From IMG/VR virus record IMGVR_UViG_3300009151_000002: 64,000 bases of DNA, one strand, 5' to 3'. This DNA comes from an uncultured virus (IMG/VR IMGVR_UViG_3300009151_000002). Taxonomy: Duplodnaviria > Heunggongvirae > Uroviricota > Caudoviricetes. This document shows, in pieces, positions 37,101 through 46,900 of this stretch. How positions within the stretch are numbered: position 1 is the first letter of the stretch; each line of letters starts with the position of its first letter. Position numbers and translations under genes: made by a program. The notes beneath the pieces are model-generated. The model was not told where the DNA came from and did no database searches. It saw nothing but the letters and a program-made list of their open reading frames with translations.

Positions 37101-37898
37101 GTCATCTATATTATCTACATTAAAATATGTAAAAGGAGGAAACTTATCACTTGTTAAAAAATCTACTAACTTTTTTGTACTTTCATTTGATACTGCATTA
37201 TACTGGTCTTGTAAATCTTTTAAATAAAGTGTATCTTCAACATTGATGTCTCTTTGAGATAGTAATTTTAATTGTTCATTTGCTATATCAACAGCAATTT
37301 TAATAACATATTGAAGAGATGTGTCAAAGTTTTTTGCAAAAAAGAAACCTTGTTTTGCTGATTCAGCTCCAGTAAATTGACCTAATTTAGTTTTATCAAA
37401 CTTATCAAATTTTTCTTTACTACCATGATAAACAATATCTTTTACTTTACTATCAGGAAATATAGTTTTTATATACTCAGTATATTGTTGTGGTGTACCT
37501 ATTTTAGCTAATTCAGGATTAGAATTAAATAATTCTTGTACATTATTATTATAATCTTCTTTTGGTACAATAGCATTATCAGCTATTGCCTGTCTTTGAT
37601 CATATCTAACTTTGAGTTCTTGAAGTTTTTCAAACAAAGGCTCATTGGGCTCCGCTCTGTTTATAGTAACAATACTATCTCTTCTATATGTAGAAGTTCT
37701 ATCATCTTTTAGTTTTATCTCAGTATCCTGAAAAAGTAATTCTCCATTTGTTTCTAAGCCATACTTGTCTACAGCAAGTTTAGTAAGACTCTCATTGAGC
37801 TCACTAAACTTTGCTGTATCAATTATTCTTCTTACATCATTAGTTGCTTTTTGTTTTTCTAAATACTTGATAGAATTTACTTTTACTTCACAAACCAT
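31176..37898 (-). CDS. Giant virion ejection/polyvalent protein (ART-like, zincin and LysM domains)
   Basis: 2240 aa; DIVYHGS...GFFFA...DGAIF...YTVFEPEQI; HEFSH at 36465-36479; LysM near 32030-32165; hydrophobic C-terminal segments. Confidence 0.85.
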   Translation of the reverse strand: MVCEVKVNSIKYLEKQKATNDVRRIIDTAKFSELNESLTKLAVDKYGLETNGELLFQDTEIKLKDDRTSTYRRDSIVTINRAEPNEPLFEKLQELKVRYDQRQAIADNAIVPKEDYNNNVQELFNSNPELAKIGTPQQYTEYIKTIFPDSKVKDIVYHGSKEKFDKFDKTKLGQFTGAESAKQGFFFAKNFDTSLQYVIKIAVDIANEQLKLLSQRDINVEDTLYLKDLQDQYNAVSNESTKKLVDFLTSDKFPPFTYFNVDNIDDLKNQIIKIVSEFDGNVNEYISEFDSIIKDVMNYVRGMVINITNPITYDFNQTEKYQTREISFNTLLKNKTTEDGAIFENVYDPLLDTIYTVFEPEQIHILGSNDDIEGFKQFVKGISKQAMFIRTDNNIPIIPIDLNTINQQASKAVAEAIASKLAAKLGINYHNLSPEQATEMLKNNPVPYRGEPAFFYNGAIFIVGDNVRPGILLHEFSHPLLQGIRKTNPQLFNNLYNQLSKTDEGLSIMAYVKKAYPELDVNSDLFKEEVLAFAMQLKSMNKLENKVETEGFQSFMTKLLASLKQLLREIFGNGVNLKNLNESTSLDELAEMLLDDTMFDFEEVNLTEDDLVMYVRDIFTEADKLTSSASANVLQEIVNEFYARNLQIVNQIKDFKSDKVTREMLEKALKKQNTTNLLPGVDEILKGYQNINNLNVILNEDLEDLEKTKQMAAALINSVDRINTSSNNIIKELNNINKQPSLINNRNTIALLGLYKNTSESWLNVIDQINELLDETEIDKNSEFYSLITSIVNNATIINSKIAQIYKKGGIQFFVEITGYMNEFVNKELKSNLGIALKKAFSESELETAVDELYRKVVEQKFTPEDAKALHDKGVPANILDEFIKKYNNYIVNEDKIKDALTGHAKDVSWFNRWLESYSSSNDVIVGPLSMFIQNQKTEVETKVWRMSQDFRAQLEILLPQVNFSKMNPTQIRDMVAEKDQIFYFNKKTGDYESRDVFTFLNEFGNGWRFELDKLEFLYEEAKKSGEKDKIAKALDELRQFNKDYMWQEYTLEYYEKDDIFKDSEIGALAYSARRSALENYINLQNSLQKEYERFEKHSELQEAFKTYQRLYSLQNEDGTEKVDDPAKGIYDKSIAELLIKHRQETNKFYEWVPITNSLDTAYNEFVSELLTKDVKKDSKEYDKLLREWQKQNVRIVYSQEYYDERTRLFERLNAIQSQINEQLKTDYNVSDEYKKILDLLYTFKDDFGQPDATQLGEERLRKIKDIQQNIIDVRQKLDKYTGLSREDSATLQELIIKSRDEELTDEEAEELDRLLTAKKDVDVTLVEALSEVIGELSDISSKYPTDYYMDALETHMSKYDNIPVFTDVTVDQFINGKLFQELIDPESDLYDADLFDWFELSHVKLQVYEDGVLVPKYQRTAANSYSKPTNPKHFINTKIKDNLTGEVISLIGVPNIRHSRREVKNEYRTIPRGGVRKDYVGKVIDNKGNFLPRSFDPSSKNSAKDGKYISEKFKKIKSNPNSPEYKLLELMKNYHLQLQEGASSYGKLYLDLPRYGIERGDYYQVLQKGEYGERFKEVRDNVKEWLKQTFGKSVQDNLDQFNYNPENNLVNTDLQGNEISYIPVTGIYNLDAKNVDADVFNSLFKYGLSVQTQSALIKSLPLVNSIMETLEDPANQPKKLDSFSKGIYNLRKKQQHPTRSNAMNNRAGQVRSLIEREYHGRQAVGIEENHPVLSKWLTALTSRSSRAALALNIPSDIKNQVSGYIQTIIEASGNRYISGRDLALSATWTTKAMLEWTTKGIYEIGPGAVSTQLVQVFDPNFKATDENGKPVYRSLYKDLINGEWMYMHRKFGEMEVAMRLFGSFLHAEKIEQNYSDGSKSLINYSDAWEKDDNGILKLKEGIHPGWNYESTYHIFNKGEKLADIAKKYNVTVEELKAKNSIKSEIQLEDGQEIVIAKSEYFKQFKNKLQGTSRALFGVYDKFGQPEGNKYIMYRMFFFMRKWFTPMFANRFGMDVSKENFGGSRYDWAMGRTTKGFYVEAFQALTKILKSKGADYQYLNDEQKGAMKKAATEGLIVIASGLIASMLFGFDDDDPDKWKKIKAKSGALFTDEFNTYGYISNHALLLLLGVQAETGAFIPLPSIQGFNFGADDYAKILTSTTTAFGNTLLTYIEIFGDVLNLITLNDDAVRYKKNVGPYWWQKKGELKTYKRIFTMLGLTGGIGDPETSLKNLSKGATRIR

Positions 37899-37900
37899 TT

Positions 37901-40900
37901 TTATACACAGTTAAAAGGATCAGATTCAAAACCTAGTGATGCAAGAATTTCATCATCTGAGATACCTTGTTTATTACTTAATATTTCTGTTATGTCTTTA
38001 TACATTGTAGAACCTGGATTTAAATACCCTAGTTCTTCAAACAATCTCTTACTTAAATATACAAATAATTCTTTAGGCATTTTCTTAGCATCACCTATTC
38101 CTGCTTTAGGAAGTGCAATTTTGTTACCTAAGTCTTTAGCATTTTTAAGCTCCTGAATTTTTCTATCAAAATAGTTTTTCACACTTTGATATTTATCAGC
38201 TGCTAAGTTACTAAAGTTATCAAAATTATTAGTCAAACTTGTAACAAAAGGTAAGGCGGTATCTTTGGATACTAATCTTAAATAACCTTGTCCAGGAAGA
38301 TCTTTATTATTATCTATTTCAAACTTGGTTGCATTATAAACAAAACCTACTGTAGAGTTAGTACTGGTTAATTTTTTGTAGAAAGCAGCACTGTCATCTT
38401 TAGAATCATCAAAAATAAATATGTTTGGATCTGATGTTGTAATAAGATCATTAGTTTGTTCTTCTACAGTTTCAGTAGCTGGTTGAGTAGTAGTAATACC
38501 TAACTCAAGTTTAATAGCATTATTTAATAAAACTGTTGTTTTAGAGTCTATAAATTGCTTTAAATCTAATAATTTAGCTTTGTAAGCATCTGTACCAGGT
38601 TTTAAACCAGCATTTTTAAACAATTCTAAAAACAAAATACTTGGTTGATCAATTAATGATTTTGTTGTTTTAGGTATAAACTCATACCCTTTTTTAATTT
38701 CACCAGGTCTAAATTCTATTTCTTGATTAAATAAAGAATCATTTTTAAATCTTTCAATAAATAAATCTCTAGAATTATTAATGTTGTTTAAATATTGTTT
38801 ATACAATTTAAGAGCTTCTGTATTAGTAAATATATCTGATAAATCAGGTATTTTTATATAATCATTTGTATCTGCATTTTTTGTAAGCAGTAATGCATTT
38901 TTTAATCTAAATAATCTTGTTTCTTCTTTTGTTTTAGGAATACTAGGTATTTTATAGGTATCCCTTAATTTTAAAAACAAATCATCAAGCTCTTTATTTT
39001 TATATTTTAAAACACCTGCTGAGTTAAAAGTATAGTAATTATTAACATTAGCTTCAACACTAGTAGATGGTTGAGTAGATTCTACTCTAGATTCTATTTT
39101 GTCAAAGTTGATATCTGTAAAATAGTTTTTGAATCTGTTTTTCTCTTTATTATAATAACTATTTTGAGCATTAAACTTATTATAAAAATCTTCTAATAGT
39201 CTAAATGCTTTACCTGGATCAGCCAAAAGTTTAGTAAAATCTTCAACAGCACCATCCATGATATTTAAGAATGGTGTTGTACTTACATAAGGAACTAAAT
39301 TAGCACTAGTTTTATTGATACCAGATTGCATGTATGCAAACAAAGGTAACCTAGAGAATAAATCTGATATGTATGTAATCTCTTGATCACTTAAACTTAA
39401 ATCTTTTGCTAATGTTTTTAATACAACTGGGTCAGCTAAATCAGTTAAGTTTTTAGTATAGATGTTAGCTTTGATATTATCAATATCTCTGTCAATTAAC
39501 TCAAGATTAAACATAGTGTCACTTGTGTTATTGTTAAGTTGTAATTTAGATAGTATATCAAATCTATTAGCAAGTTTTGGATTGGATGTGATAACATCAT
39601 ACACTCTTATAGCAAAAGCATTTTTAGGATCCCTGAACATATGATTTACATTGAAAGTATTATCAAGTGCTCTGTTTGCTAAAAACTCTTCATACTCTGT
39701 TTTTTCCATTTCTGTTTCAGCAATTGGATATACAGATCTTAAATACTCTCTTTCCATTACAAATCTTGCATAAGCTTTTGCGTCATTACCTTTTGCAATT
39801 GTAAATGTATTTGCAGGAAGCGGATGGAAACCTAACTGTGAATAATAGTTTGGTTCTTCTGTTTTATTACTCCATTCTTTAGAGTTGTATTCTTCTTGTA
39901 AATTTTTAAGATTGTAGAATAAAGTTTTAGTACCATCTTTATTTGTTTTTACAAAAGCTCCAAAGTTATCAGAAAGCATTTCTTTAACAGGAATTTCTCT
40001 TGCCTCATAAGACATGTAACCTTTTTTAAGATCTGTTTTAACTATAGCATTTTGGAAAATATATGTAACTAGATCATTTCTAAAAGTGTTTAGATAATTA
40101 TCTCTACCATCTTCTCCAAATGTTGTTTTAATGTTTTCCATTAACTCATTAGAATCATCTTTACTTTTTATAAAAGTACGGATTGCTGGGTTGTATCTTA
40201 ACTTAAATAATGGAGCAGCTAATGACAATGCTAGTTTGTTATTAAAGAAAGAACTAATAATAGAATCTCCCATTAAAGCAGAAATAATTGGTTGTAACTC
40301 AGCATTACCTTCTAAGTTCTCTAATCTTCCTTCAGATGTTTCAATGTCAGATAATACAGACTTAGTGTTTGTATCTGGATTAGCATTCATTTTAATCTGT
40401 GTGATACCTTTAATCTGGTCTTCAATATCTAAGTAATGTAAGAACATAGTTAAAGATAAGTCAGAAGATTTAGCACTGAGTGTATTTTTAGATTCTCTAA
40501 TCAAACCTAACATTTCTTTTTCAGTAAAGTTTTTGCTTTTTCTGTCTTTCATATAGTTATTAAACATCTCACGTCCTACTTCAAATCTAGTAATAGATTT
40601 ACCTTTAGCTGGTAAAACTTTAGGATTGAAATATTTATCTACAATATTTGTAGCGGCTTGATATTTAACAAATGACTTTTGCTCAGGAGCTTTACCTAAT
40701 ACTTCAGCAAAAGTAGATTTAGCAAGACGTTGCTCATCTACATATTCTCTTACTAAAGGTTGAGACACAAAATAAATAGCTTCTTTTACTGGTACGCCAG
40801 CTTTTACTAAATATAACAATATAGGAGCAACTTCATAGTTACCCTGGATAAAGAAAATCCATGCATCTTTTTCAACATCCACCCAGCCATTCATTGCTTG

Positions 40901-43900
40901 GGAGAATATATCTGCTATTTTATTTGTGTTATCTACATCATATAAGTTAGACAAAGAAATTCTTTCTTTACCATTAACTATTCTTACATTATGTCTTAAA
41001 CCAATATTAGTACTTCTTGATTCACCTTTGTAATTAGTATATGTCTCCGGCATTAAGGCCCCAATAGAGTTTAATAATACATTCATTGTATTCTCTACAG
41101 CACCTAATCCTAATGTTTTCTTACTAACAATATTAGATCCATGTTTATATAAGTTATAAAGAGGCTCTAATACTCTTGTTGCACTGATAATTTTCTTACC
41201 TTCTTCAGGTTCTGTTGTTGTATCAGTCATGTAATTTTTGAATGGATCATATTCCATTACATCTCTAGCTAAGTCTTCAGCTATATCTTTTAATAAGAAA
41301 GTACCATTTGGTGTAATAAGTGATACAAAGTTTTGCGGAAGCTCAAGTATTTCTTTGATGTCATTCATCAAATCATTTTCAACACCAGCTTTTTGTTGTT
41401 TAAAAACTTTTGTTATTGATTCTTCTTTGTTCTCTTTGATGTTCTGTAGAGAAGCTTTCAACTCCTCTGTGTTTTTATAGGTTCTTTCTTTAAGCTTACC
41501 ATCCGTGTCTATGTTAGTCATGAAGATTGTAAGTTTATCAATATCAAAGTCACCCCCGGACTTAGCAACTATCTCAGCTGGAGGAATAATAATATTACCT
41601 GCTTGTGGAGGTAAGAATTCATATACTTCCATGAACTCCATAGAGTTTAGACCCTGAACCGGAATCCTAACCCCTACAAGAGTTATTGCTTTTCTGTTAG
41701 CACCATTATTTGCATCTAACCATACATCATCTTTAATAGCTTGGTTTAATCTTTCTATAGTACCAATGGTTTCTCCATTATACTCAAGATTCAACAAGTT
41801 AGCATAGTCCCCCTGTAATGCAATCATAACCTTCATTGCTGCGGTTTTACCATCCGCCATCTTGTGATAAGTAGGAAGTAAGTTACTACCTATCCATTTT
41901 TTCTTATCTGCATCAGTAGCATTTCTAAAGTTAGGAGACTCTGTAAGGTTATTCTCATAAAAAGCAGAAGACACTTGTACAAGCGGTTCACCTTTTACTT
42001 TTTGTTTGATAACTCTTTTATTGATCAGAGATAGTAAAAGTTTCTCAATTTTTAATGCTTCTGGGTGTAATGACAAGTCATGTAATAACTCACCACTATC
42101 TAATGCATCAATAAAGTTGATCATCTCATCACTATAAGACTCCTCATTCTCTAAGTTATTTCTAACAAGAGATAATAATTTACCAATGCTTTCTTTGTCT
42201 CTTGGTTTATAACCACCGTCAGGTGTTTCATCAAAACCAATTTCTTCTAATAACTCTAATTTAACTAACTTAGTATAATCAGCTACATTGTCAAGATATC
42301 TTTTTACTAATGGTGATACCACATCTTCTTCATTTGGAGAATTGATCGCACCATTTTCATATAAGTTATCTAAAATTAACTTTCTCATCTGAGTAGAGAA
42401 TATAGATTTACCTTTAAACTCAGAGTTAACTTCTGTTTGGTTCTTTAGGAACTCTGTGAAAATTACATTTTTAGTAAATGGGACATCTTTAATAATACTA
42501 CCATCTTTAGCAATTATATCATCTCCATTACCAAGGTGACCAACTTTTGAACCTGATTCAAAAAGCACATAGTCCATGTTTTCAGCTATCATTTTCTCAT
42601 TCAAATCATAAAGAGGTGTACCTTTTTTAGCAACACCTGGTATAATTGGAGCAAGAGAGAATTTATGGAAAGATACAAGTGGTAAACCTGTTGTTTCTAT
42701 AGCACCACAATATTGTAACTTATAAGGTGGGAAGTAATGAATTATATCTTCTACTGATACTTCTTCTCCTTTAGCTAGTTTTTTATATAACTCTTCTTGT
42801 TCTGGTAACCAGTTACCTTCAAGTTCTTTTAAAATTCTATATGTTTCAAAACTGATGTGTCCTTGACCATCACCAATCTTCATTTTTGTATATTCTTTTA
42901 AAGCTGTTTTTGCTAAGTCTTCTGCCTTAGCTTTATAACCAAATCTTTTTGTGTATTCTTTTACAAGAGCATCATAGTATTCATCATAGTAAACAGATTT
43001 GTCTATAACTCTTTCTCTAATGATACCTGTAGTTAGAGTACCGTCAAATGGTTTTTTATTAGGCTCAAATAACTTAGTCATTTGATTAATAAAACTTCTT
43101 GATTTTAAATCAGAAGCAAACCCTAAACCACCTCCACCAAAACCAGCATTACGCTTATGGAATTCTTCTTTAGCATGATTGTATAATGCTAAATCTCCAT
43201 AACCAAGAATACTTGTCTCAAATTTATGTATCCATGAATTATAAGCATATGCTTTCATTAATGTTGTGTCAGACTCATCTACAGTAAGTTCAACACCTTT
43301 ATTTTCTATACGGGATCTTAATGTTGGGTCAATAAACTTAGTTTTATTAAGTCTATCTGTTAAGTCTTTTGTTAATTCATTAAAATACTTAGCTACATCT
43401 TTTCTAATTTCTAATGCAAGAGTAGTGTCTTCTTCATAAATATCTGAAAAATCAAAGTCAGTATTTTTAGTTGCAATTGCTTTATCTACTATAGCATAGA
43501 TTTTTTTCTGAGTATCTTTTGATAATACATCTTCAAATGCTGCAAGTGCTTGACCGGACATAACAATCTCACCTGTTTTTCTTTTTACGGGTCTTGTATA
43601 ACCTGTAAATTCAGAATATTTATCTACATCAGAACCAAATCTAAAAATTCTATTTACTTCACCAGCTAAGTATCCAGATAAAATATCAAATGAATAATCT
43701 TCACCAGAATTAGTTGTAGGTAAAAACTTCTCTATGTCAACATATAAATTCTTAGCAGCTTTATTACCATAAGTATTGATACCATTTTTCATTACAATGC
43801 CTTGTGACATTTGTTTAGAAGCATGTCTCATGAACTCTTCTACACCATTCATCAACATAGTATGTATCTCTTGTAAATACTTACTTGTAGCATCCATTGA

Positions 43901-46900
43901 TGCTGTAGAGATACCTGTTGATTTATCAGTATTTTTATCAATCAATTGTGTTCCAGCTACATTTTGAATAACAAGTTTGTTATCTTTTTTACCACCTGGA
44001 TTAGTTACATCAGATAGACTGTTAAACAATGATTTTAAAAGTACTGAATGTTCAGTGTAAGTATTGTTGTCATATGCTAAGTATCTCATATGTCTGAACA
44101 AACCATTTGGATCTGCTTCAGGATTTGTTAATTGTTGCCATGAGTCAGCATGGTTTAAAGAAGTCATTATTCTTGTAAAAGTATTATCCAAGAAATGCTC
44201 CCATACTCTATTTCCTTCAGGACTAATTGCACTAAAGTTAGAATACTTATCAGAAAATCTTACTTGGATATTAGCAAGCTCCTTGATTCTTGAAGAAGAG
44301 TCAAAAGCTTTACCTTTATCTAATGAACTAGGTAATGAAGATTTTAAATACTCAATTGGATCTTTAAGAAATTTAGCTTTCTCAGGATCATTTACATTAT
44401 TAATATGCTCAAGAGTGTCATAAATATGCTTGATTCCAAACTTATTAATGAAATTTGGGTCCGCTAACACACTAGCAATTGTTGGATTACTAGTATCCAT
44501 TATGAGCCCTAAAGCATTTAAGAATGACACAACATTTTTAGGATTCAAGTTATTCTTGAAATCTTTAACTAATCCATTTAAGTCAAGTACTTTATTTTCT
44601 GAAATGTATTTAGATTTAGATATAGTCTTAAAATTGATCTGCCAGTCTCTTAAAACTTTGCTTCTATCAAAGTCTGTTCTTTGAAGCCTTGCTTCTGCAA
44701 GAGTTTCTTTTTGACCTTTTTGGATATTTAAGTTTAACTGTACATATGACAATCTTGGTTTTTTAAGATCCTGCCAGAATTTAGTTTCAATAGTAAATTC
44801 ACTTTTGTCAGCATAATCTTTTTCTGTTCCATCAGCATTCTTACTTCTGTCTGGTAAGTAAGATAACAACTGTAAAAATTCAGGGTTATCAATTACACCA
44901 TCTGCAAGTCTTTTATACATTTCCTCCTTATCAAAAGAACCAGCTGTAACTTTTGCAACCTTGCTCCACATTTCTCTCTCATCTAATAACACAGGAAGAC
45001 CTGTTTGAGGATCTATTTCATACTCAACATTTAATTTTTTTGTACCATCATCATTGGTGGTAATAGTAAATTTATTTCTATCTATTTTGTATATACTAGA
45101 TAGAATAGTTTTAGTTTCTTGACTGGCAGCTTCTCTTGAAGAGAAAATATTACCACCATCAAGCCTAACAATTCTAGAGTTATCAATATCAGTTGGATCT
45201 TCTTCTAACTCAATAAATTTATTTGCTAATATTTTAAATTTAGAATTTTGTAAATGGAAAGCTACAACACCTTTTTGGTCTTTACTGTCAATAGTTTGCT
45301 TAATATCTCCAAAATTATCTAGTAGTTTAGCTAAGAATGGCAATTGTGCTAAGTCTTCAGGTTCAATATCCTCACCTTCAGCAGCCCTAGTTGCAAGATT
45401 TGCTCTTACAGCATCTAACTTTTCAGATAGTTTCTTTTCTAATAACTGATAAAGGAATTCTCTATTGGTATTAGTTTGTAAAACTTTCACTGGTCCTGAT
45501 GTTACACCAAACTTTTTATTGTAAGCATCAAAAACTTGTGGGATCATGCTATCTAAATAGTTTACAATTTTTAGTGATTCAGCAGAATCAAAAGGTTCAT
45601 ATTTAGTAGCTACATCTTTTACTGAAGTAATAGCTTTAGCTCTGTTTAATTGAGTAAACATCATGTTATCTGTAGAAGGTTGCATGTTTTGCAATAACTC
45701 CGGTCTTTCAGATGCATAATATAACTTATCAAACAATTCTTTTACAGATGCAATATCTCTTGGTCTTGTAGCTAATTCTTGGTTACTTACTTTACCAAAG
45801 AGGTTCTGTAGGAACTGGTACATTCTTCTGAATACTGTTTCCAAAAATCCTTTAGGAGCTTCTTTTTTACCTTTGCTTCTAGCATAATCTCTAAAATCCT
45901 CAGCAATATCTTCTTCTATTTCAAAGTAAGATTTATTGGCCCATTTTGGTTGGCCCTTTAATTCTTCATATAATCTAATCTTTTCAGCTTTTGTTAAGAA
46001 TAATTGAGAGAATCCGTGCCATGCTTCATGGTATAAATCCACAGCAGTACCACCATCACCTTCATAAAGTGTAATACCTGTTCCTGTAAATGTTGCAAAT
46101 GCATTTGAGTTAACAACTTTAGTAATTCTTTCAAGACTTATATATTTACTCAAAGGGTTGTTAGCCCACCAATCTTCTGCTTCTGCTTTGTCAGCTTCAG
46201 TAGTAAATACTTGATCTAAAATATCTAAATCTTTGCTTCTATTAAAACCAGTAAGCTCATCTGGTGTAATATTTACACTAGGGTTACTTGCTACATTAAG
46301 ACTAATAAGATCCGGATCAATTATCTCTTCAATTTCTTCTATGGTCTCAACTTTTTTAGTAGCTCTTTTCTTTTGAACAACTTTAGCTTTTTCTTTAACT
46401 ACAGTTTCAGCAGTAGTATTTTTTTGAACTTGAGTTGTTTTCTTAACTGGACGCTGAGTTTGTGTATCTACTGCAACTGGAAAGAATGCAGAATCATCTT
46501 CTGTAAATTCATCAGGAACAGCATATGCTAAATAAGGATTGAATCCTGCAACACTCTTTGCAGACTCAGCTTCATATTGCAAGTATGCAAATGGTAAAAC
46601 TACAGTTTCAATATAGTTTTTTTCAACCGGTGTAATCTTATTACCTGATATTTCATAATCAGTATAAGTCTTATCAACACCCATGTATTTAGCAGTAAGA
46701 TTTACATTTGCTCCAATGAAACCTTTATCACCAAACTTAATTGCTTGAGGTAAGTGTTGAGCAATTTTATCTCTTACAGCAGTAGTAAAAATTTCATCTC
46801 CTTCAAACTTCTCATTATTGATAGTTAAAGTAAGAGGTCCACGAGTAGCTTTTTCTAAAAAAATGTTATTTTCATTTTTAACCCCCTTTGCACTTACTCT

